Source of the DNA: an uncultured Candidatus Peribacteria bacterium
GTDB taxonomy: Bacteria > Patescibacteriota > Gracilibacteria > Peribacterales > Peribacteraceae
DNA: 60,482 bases
Direction of reading: 5' to 3'
NCBI GenBank assembly: GCA_964448615.1
Contig: CAYUWH010000003.1
Span: 1-60,482, forward strand
Part shown: in pieces, positions 7,225-12,619 of the stretch
How positions within the stretch are numbered: the stretch's first letter is position 1
Layout: each line of letters begins with the position of its first letter
Position numbers and translations under genes: made by a program
The notes under the pieces: generated by a model
Told to the model about the DNA's origin: nothing
Seen by the model: the letters and a program-made list of their open reading frames with translations, nothing else
Databases searched by the model: none

Positions 7225-7520
7225 GATCCAATTGCTTAGTTCCTTGGAACTCACTCCGCACACGCAAGTGCTGCGGGGCTGACCTCCGCTTCACAATCAT
7301 CCGGTGTCCGGATGGAGGAGGTATGGACAGTCGTGAGGCTGTCCGGTCTGGGTGGTTCTCGATCACTCAGGTTAATCTCGTTTCGGCCTGTCGCATTCGC
7401 TCCAAGCCGCAACTGAGCTAACATGAGTGACCGACCCTTTTTCCCTGAAATGGGATTTCAGCGAAAAAGGGATCCACGAATTGGATCTCCCCGGGGAGAG
7501 GCATCTCTCCGGATTTTTTT
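7225..7520 (+). ncRNA. retron-like structured ncRNA, unit 5
   Basis: 5' GATCCAATT (7225-7233) pairs with AATTGGATC (7479-7487). This is the most divergent scaffold, with compensatory stem changes. Specific arm 7351-7473, CCACG at 7474-7478. Terminator GGAGAG/CTCTCC plus T7 ends at 7520. Confidence 0.75.
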
Positions 7521-7552
7521 CGACTTTTCCAACGTTCTTCCGGCGACGCATT

Positions 7553-9358
7553 ATGAGTCTTAACAGTATGCCCAGCGAGGAAACCCTTGAGTATTGCTCG
7601 CAATTATTGCAACGGCCGTTTACGGCGCCGTGGGAAGCGAGCGGTGTCCTGCTCAGTATTCTCGAGCAGTTGCGCACACGGCCAGGGGCTCTGTATCGCA
7701 CGCAATATATTGAAAAAGGCAACGGCAAAATGCGCCGAATCGATGAGCCCAACAAAATTTTGAAATTCGTGCAGAAGCAAATTTCGTTGGTGCTGAATCA
7801 TGCATGGGTCGCGCCGGGCGTATGCGGCTTCGTGCTGAACAACAGCGCGCAACAAGGATTGCGCGGCATGATCGACACGATGTACGTGGGAACGGAAGAG
7901 CATCCCGCTCGCGGGCCCATCAAGGCGGTGTACCAAGAAGATATTGAAAACCAGTTCGGCTCTATCACGCGCGATCAAGTGGAAGAGGCGCTGCGCGAGC
8001 ATTTCTTCACGCGCATTTTGCACGATTGGGAGAAGGGGCCGAAACTCCCCAACTTGCAAGTCGGCAGAATCGCCGAAGTGATTGCCGAAGTGTGTTGCTA
8101 CGAAGGACATTTGCCGCAGGGTTCTCCCGCGAGCCCCGTCCTCTCCAACATCGTCTGCACGCGTTTCGATTTCGCGTTGAGACGTTTGCTCGGCAAGCAG
8201 GGAGTGTACGGACGCTATGCTGACGACATGGTGGTGCTCGCGTGCGACAAGCTCGATACGAAATTCCGCGGGAAATTCCGCAACATTCTCAATACGTGCG
8301 GATTCAACGTGAATCGTGAAAAAGGAGAATATGAGGAACACCGGCGAAGGAAGACTGAGGAAGAAAGTTCCGGCGATCCGCGCCAACGTTTTCGCATTTG
8401 GGGAATGGATCTCGTGGTTGATGACGATGCGCAGACAGCATGGTTCCGCCTGCCGAGGAACATGGAGCGCCAATGGGTGGAAGATATCTCCGCAATGCTG
8501 GAGGGTGCCGGCGATTTGCCTCGTGACTCAAAAGAATTTATGAGTGACACGCGCGTATTGGAGGTGCTCGGCAGGCTTGCTTATGCGTTCCAGGTAACAC
8601 GTTGGGGGCATCCCGATCACATCAAGGGGCGCGAATTTCCCGGCCGTTCCGACGAGAGACCGGAGATTACCGGCGCGCATGAATTCCTCCCGAAGGATTT
8701 GGCACGAATCTGGCGGGCGTTCCGCGCCGAATTCGGAGGCAGGTTGCCGCAACGTCACCGACGTTGGTTCCACGATACGGCGCCGCTCTATAGCGCCAAC
8801 AGCACGCGGGTTCCCGTTACCTCCGGGGAGTTTGAAGAACGATTGCACGAATTCGGCGTTGAGAGAGGCTTTGATGAAGCGACATTGATCGCGGAGTTGA
8901 ATCACTATCAACAGCATTTTCAAAGCGATTATCCGCTCGTGGATGCCGATGGCGTCCAGTACCGCGCTGCCGGACAGAGCAATGATTACCCCGATGAAGC
9001 ATTGGCGGAAGCGTCTGAACTCTTTGTCCAGCAGAGTCCGAGCGTGAGCGATACGGAGCGTCTTGAATTGCTGCGCAGAACGCTCGCGTGCTTCAGCGGA
9101 TTCGTTCGCTGTTTATTTGCCGGGCAATTGCAAGGATTCAGCATCAGCGAGCAGCACGACTCATTACTGCCGGTGAACGGCCAGCGCCCGTGGCAGCGCT
9201 TGCTGCAAGAGTGTCGTCGCGCGGGCATCTCCACGCCTGAGCTTGTGCGGTTGTTTGATGCAAGCACGTCTCGCACGCAGTACCGCATTCGTCCGAAAAC
9301 CCTCCCCAAAAAAGTGCATCGTGAACATCTGCACTTGTACGGTTTCGATAACGATTGA
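7553..9358 (+). CDS. reverse transcriptase (retron/UG-like, not assignable to a known class by eye) with long C-terminal extension
   Basis: RT motifs in order: KGNGKMRRIDEP (motif 1), YQEDIENQFGSI (motif A), LPQGSPASPVLSN (motif B, ~8111-8150), RYADDMVVL (motif C, ~8212-8235), GFNVNREKGE (motif D). About 280 aa follow with no recognisable domain. Start set at the first ATG after the unit-5 terminator; the track ORF opens at 7427 inside the ncRNA. Confidence 0.9.
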   Translation: MSLNSMPSEETLEYCSQLLQRPFTAPWEASGVLLSILEQLRTRPGALYRTQYIEKGNGKMRRIDEPNKILKFVQKQISLVLNHAWVAPGVCGFVLNNSAQQGLRGMIDTMYVGTEEHPARGPIKAVYQEDIENQFGSITRDQVEEALREHFFTRILHDWEKGPKLPNLQVGRIAEVIAEVCCYEGHLPQGSPASPVLSNIVCTRFDFALRRLLGKQGVYGRYADDMVVLACDKLDTKFRGKFRNILNTCGFNVNREKGEYEEHRRRKTEEESSGDPRQRFRIWGMDLVVDDDAQTAWFRLPRNMERQWVEDISAMLEGAGDLPRDSKEFMSDTRVLEVLGRLAYAFQVTRWGHPDHIKGREFPGRSDERPEITGAHEFLPKDLARIWRAFRAEFGGRLPQRHRRWFHDTAPLYSANSTRVPVTSGEFEERLHEFGVERGFDEATLIAELNHYQQHFQSDYPLVDADGVQYRAAGQSNDYPDEALAEASELFVQQSPSVSDTERLELLRRTLACFSGFVRCLFAGQLQGFSISEQHDSLLPVNGQRPWQRLLQECRRAGISTPELVRLFDASTSRTQYRIRPKTLPKKVHREHLHLYGFDND

Positions 9359-9385
9359 TCTTCTTCATTTTTTTCTCTTTCTCCC

Positions 9386-12300
9386 ATGTCCAAGAAAGCC
9401 TCTGTCGCCGCCGCTCCGACCGTCGTCACCGACGAGTTGTACGCATTGCTCGAGCGGGATCCCACTGCTGCCATCTTGCAGACGAGTCTTGCGGAAGATG
9501 CCGCGGCGCATCTCGACGATACGTCGGAAAAGCGCATGGCCGTCGAGCCGGAAATCGTGGGAATTCTTCTCGCAGGATTCCGTGCATCCGTGGAGCAATA
9601 CATATCCAGCGAACTCCTCGAGGCGCACCCAGATTTGCAGGATATGAAGGAGAGCATTCTGCAGGGGAGGCGAAAAGTGCGCGGCGACATCATGCGATTA
9701 CTGAGAGAGCACGGCGGGCATTTGCGCAGCGCTTCGCGGGAACAGAGTCGCTTCAATCATGAAGTGACGTACGAACCGGGTAAGGATGTGGAGCCGACAC
9801 TCGCGAACTTCCGGCATTTGCGCGGGTTGCACAAAGACATTGAAGCACGCCGCGATGAGATGGCTGCCACGCTCGGCGGAGCGCAGCGGTCGTTGCGCGC
9901 GAATATTCCGGGCATGGCGGCCTTCTCGCGCTTGATCGTGCAAACTGAAGGTGGTTCCGAGGAGCATCGTCTCAAGACATTGATGCGCCAAATGTGGGGT
10001 GACGAGCGCGTGCAGGCGGAGTGGGTGCGTGCGCAACACGTGGCCTATGCGCAGGCGGCCGAGCGCGGAGACAGAATCATCGAAGGTCCTTCGACGGTGG
10101 TATTGCTCAACCGCATTCATCGCGAAATCAACGTGAACAAAATGCGCGGCTCAACAGGTGTGGCGCTCGTTGGTCCTCCGGGCTGGGGAAAGACCGAAAT
10201 CTTGAAGCACTATTTCGCGGAAGTCGGCATCCACTTGGTCACGGCGGACATGTCGCGCATCAGCAATGCCGCCACGCTCATGGCGCGCCCGGCGTTGCAG
10301 GATGAATCGTTCCGGAGTCTTGATGATGTCATCGATGCGATTGAGACGATGACGCATCGCGACTTCCTCCGTTTCTATACGCAACATCCGGAGTTGTGTC
10401 AGCAGGCAGGCATTGATTGGGACCAGATCAAAAATCCGCGCGCAACGCAGCGTCTTGCCAATGCCCGGCAAGCACTGGCGGCGCCGCTTAAAGATGCGCG
10501 CGGGAACCGCATCGCCGAAGCATTGCAGACCCACGTTCGTCAGCGCGGCGTCGTCTTCGGCCTCCTTGCCAAAACCTTGCTGAGACCCAACAGCGCGTTC
10601 GGCTTCGAAGAATTCACGTACCTCGACATTGCCAACGCGCCGTTCGTCAATGGTCTCATGACGACCATTCCCGCAACGGATGAAGAAGCGGGCTTGCCTC
10701 CGGATGAACGCACGACTCCCGGCGATCTGAAGGGGTGGTTCCAGGAACCGATCAGCGGCATCTGGTTCCGCGTACCCAAGACCTTCTCGATCAACGGCAC
10801 GGCGAACGTGGGAGCGGCGTACCGCAACCAGGGAATTTCCGCGGCGTGGGAGAGCCGCTTCGGCGGAGGATTGATCACGATCCCGTTGCGTGATCAGCGC
10901 AAAAAAGAAACAGCGCCGATCGATGACGGCGTCGAATTCCAGGAAACGCCGGAAGGCAATCAATTCAAGGAGTATTTGGAGACCCTCGTCTGGCCGCGCC
11001 TCTCCGATTCTACGACAGGCCGTTTCGAATTGGATGACGACACCGCGTACCGTCTCGACTTCCTCGTCCGCCGCGTGTTGCCGCATATCATCTCCACGCT
11101 GCGCCGTCGCAATCGCAAAATGCCGAACCTCTCGATTCGCACGCTGCAGGATCTTTGCAATCGTTTGCTTCCTCGATCCCAAGACGAAGACTTGAAGGGC
11201 GTGAATTTGGATACCGCGATTTGGGAATCCATCGTTGAACCGCTGGCTGCCGATATCGATCAATACGGGGAAACAGTCGAAGTGGTGCTGGCATGGTTGA
11301 TGGGCTCCGGCGTGCTGCGCAACGTCGGTACGCGCGTGAAGGGGTTGTTGTCGGGTCCGGTGCATCAGCGTTTGCAAAAAACGATCGATCAGCTTCGTAC
11401 TTCCGGCTCGGGGAATACCGAGCAGGCGGCGGAAACATTCGAGCAATTCCAAGATACGCAGTACACCAGGGCCGAAGGAGTGCATGCGGGTTCTTGCCAT
11501 GCGTGCGGCGTGACGGCATGTCCGGTTCACGGCAAAGACACCGAGGAATATCTCCATCAACTCGCGCAACTGGAGCGCGCAGCGGCGATGGGTATGACGC
11601 CGGAGATCGCACGCGCCATCAGCAAGCGTCAGGCTGAATTGTTACGCGCTCAGGAATGGGGAATGCTGCTCGAAGTGTATTTGGAAACGAACGGTGCAAA
11701 GCAGTTGGAGAAAATTCCTGCGGGGCTGGAAGAATATTTGCAGAGCTTGGTGACGGCATGTACCGAAGATCCTGAACAGGCTCCCGAGCACATTCAAATT
11801 TTGCAGCGAGCTTCCGCCAATGCGTTGCCCGTCAAAGTTGATCAGCAGTGGATGTGCACGATGATGGATTACTGGGGTAAGGTGCTCGCAAATACTGAAT
11901 TCGTAGATGTTCACGAGCGTCTTAAGCAGCTGCAAGATGTACCGGGAGCTTCTGCGGAGCAGGACCGTGTGCGCATTGGAAAAGATATGCAACGTATTGT
12001 GCGCGACCGTATCGCGCCGGCCTTGCGTGTCATGAGGACGTTGCAAGAATGGTCCAAGCAAACGCGTGATCTCAACATGGATGAATGTATGGTGTTGACC
12101 GATATGGTCGATTACCTGCCTGCCCAGTCGTTGATGGTGGCTCGCGAGTTGACGGCGGAGGAAGAGCATAAAGATGTGGTGAAAACCGCGGTGGACCGTT
12201 CAGTGAAAAGCCGCAAGAAAGAGCTGCAAGCGGAATTTAAAGCGATGCGCGACAATCTCGGTGGCGGTGCCAATCAAGAGGCGGCGCAAGGGCGCGTCAT

Positions 12301-12616
12301 TGCCCGTCCGCCTGCCGAAATCGCACAGATGCCCCAACTCGTTCAGCAGTATGGCGCCGTGCAGCGTCTGTTGCGCGAAGCGGGGGCACTCGCGAAATTG
12401 CATGCTATTCCCACGGAAGAGCTCACCGAACTCGTATCACTTGCGTCCGGCTTGCTGCGTGAAGGATTCGGGGGCGAAAAAGAATCCGACGTGTGCATTC
12501 CTTTTGTGCGCTGCATGCGCACGATCGCGGATGTTCGCGGCATGAGCGTCAATGATGTGCTGCAATATTTCTTCGAACCCAAAGTGGTGCCGTATCCTCC
12601 CATTCGTCAATTCTAA
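9386..12616 (+). CDS. large P-loop NTPase, AAA+ (MoxR/AAA_5-like) core with long helical extensions
   Basis: 1076 aa. Walker A GVALVGPPGWGKTEILK (~10160-10200). Candidate Walker B AFGFEEF about 130 aa downstream. The rest is not recognisable. Starts 27 nt after the RT stop. Confidence 0.6.
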   Translation: MSKKASVAAAPTVVTDELYALLERDPTAAILQTSLAEDAAAHLDDTSEKRMAVEPEIVGILLAGFRASVEQYISSELLEAHPDLQDMKESILQGRRKVRGDIMRLLREHGGHLRSASREQSRFNHEVTYEPGKDVEPTLANFRHLRGLHKDIEARRDEMAATLGGAQRSLRANIPGMAAFSRLIVQTEGGSEEHRLKTLMRQMWGDERVQAEWVRAQHVAYAQAAERGDRIIEGPSTVVLLNRIHREINVNKMRGSTGVALVGPPGWGKTEILKHYFAEVGIHLVTADMSRISNAATLMARPALQDESFRSLDDVIDAIETMTHRDFLRFYTQHPELCQQAGIDWDQIKNPRATQRLANARQALAAPLKDARGNRIAEALQTHVRQRGVVFGLLAKTLLRPNSAFGFEEFTYLDIANAPFVNGLMTTIPATDEEAGLPPDERTTPGDLKGWFQEPISGIWFRVPKTFSINGTANVGAAYRNQGISAAWESRFGGGLITIPLRDQRKKETAPIDDGVEFQETPEGNQFKEYLETLVWPRLSDSTTGRFELDDDTAYRLDFLVRRVLPHIISTLRRRNRKMPNLSIRTLQDLCNRLLPRSQDEDLKGVNLDTAIWESIVEPLAADIDQYGETVEVVLAWLMGSGVLRNVGTRVKGLLSGPVHQRLQKTIDQLRTSGSGNTEQAAETFEQFQDTQYTRAEGVHAGSCHACGVTACPVHGKDTEEYLHQLAQLERAAAMGMTPEIARAISKRQAELLRAQEWGMLLEVYLETNGAKQLEKIPAGLEEYLQSLVTACTEDPEQAPEHIQILQRASANALPVKVDQQWMCTMMDYWGKVLANTEFVDVHERLKQLQDVPGASAEQDRVRIGKDMQRIVRDRIAPALRVMRTLQEWSKQTRDLNMDECMVLTDMVDYLPAQSLMVARELTAEEEHKDVVKTAVDRSVKSRKKELQAEFKAMRDNLGGGANQEAAQGRVIARPPAEIAQMPQLVQQYGAVQRLLREAGALAKLHAIPTEELTELVSLASGLLREGFGGEKESDVCIPFVRCMRTIADVRGMSVNDVLQYFFEPKVVPYPPIRQF

Positions 12617-12619
12617 ACG

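Larger units (their letters stand above)
5747..7520 (+). repeat. tandem array of five RT-associated structured ncRNA genes
   Basis: Five units start at 5782, 6157, 6532, 6851 and 7225. They share a ~120-nt 5' scaffold and the 3' CCACGAATTGGATC + terminator, and differ in a ~115-130 nt internal arm. Each has its own promoter. Confidence 0.9.

Noticed and set aside
5872-7421. Each ncRNA unit contains GGAGGAGGT-ATG followed by a short ORF starting MD(G/D/S)RE (18-47 codons), which looks like five small peptide genes with variable C-termini.
   Set aside because: The GGAGG is only 4 nt or less from the ATG, and it pairs with the upstream ACCTYC. The codons right after the ATG form a hairpin whose two sides change in a compensatory way between units (GACGGT/ACCGTT, GGATGACC/GGTTATCC, GGACAG/CTGTCC), which indicates RNA-structure constraint. 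The ORFs stop at unrelated positions with unrelated sequences. Translation is not formally excluded; Ribo-seq would settle it.
5747-7520. CRISPR array (regularly spaced repeats with unique intervening sequence).
   Set aside because: The period is about 320-375 nt. The conserved part is longer than 150 nt and includes promoters and terminators. The unique parts are ~115-130 nt and structured. There are no cas genes in the window.
5747-9358. Diversity-generating retroelement (RT plus repeated template/variable repeats).
   Set aside because: RT motif B is QGSPASP rather than the DGR-type motif. The repeats are non-coding, each with its own promoter and terminator, and I see no copy at the 3' end of a target gene. 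Differences between copies are not adenine-specific and are largely compensatory stem changes or wholesale replacement.
5747-9358. Group II intron (RT with flanking structured RNA).
   Set aside because: The RT is not embedded in the RNA. There is no GUGYG 5' end, no domain V/VI-like hairpin and no maturase-X/endonuclease region. The RNA is present as five separate transcription units.
10151-11569. Long antisense or out-of-frame ORFs inside GC-rich genes: 10151-11569(-), 13553-14761(-), 20796-22169(-), 33225-34568(+), 38846-39991(-), 54779-55633(-) and 58126-59025(-).
   Set aside because: They are Arg/His/Pro-rich shadow ORFs lying opposite genes that have clear family motifs on the other strand. 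None has a recognisable motif.
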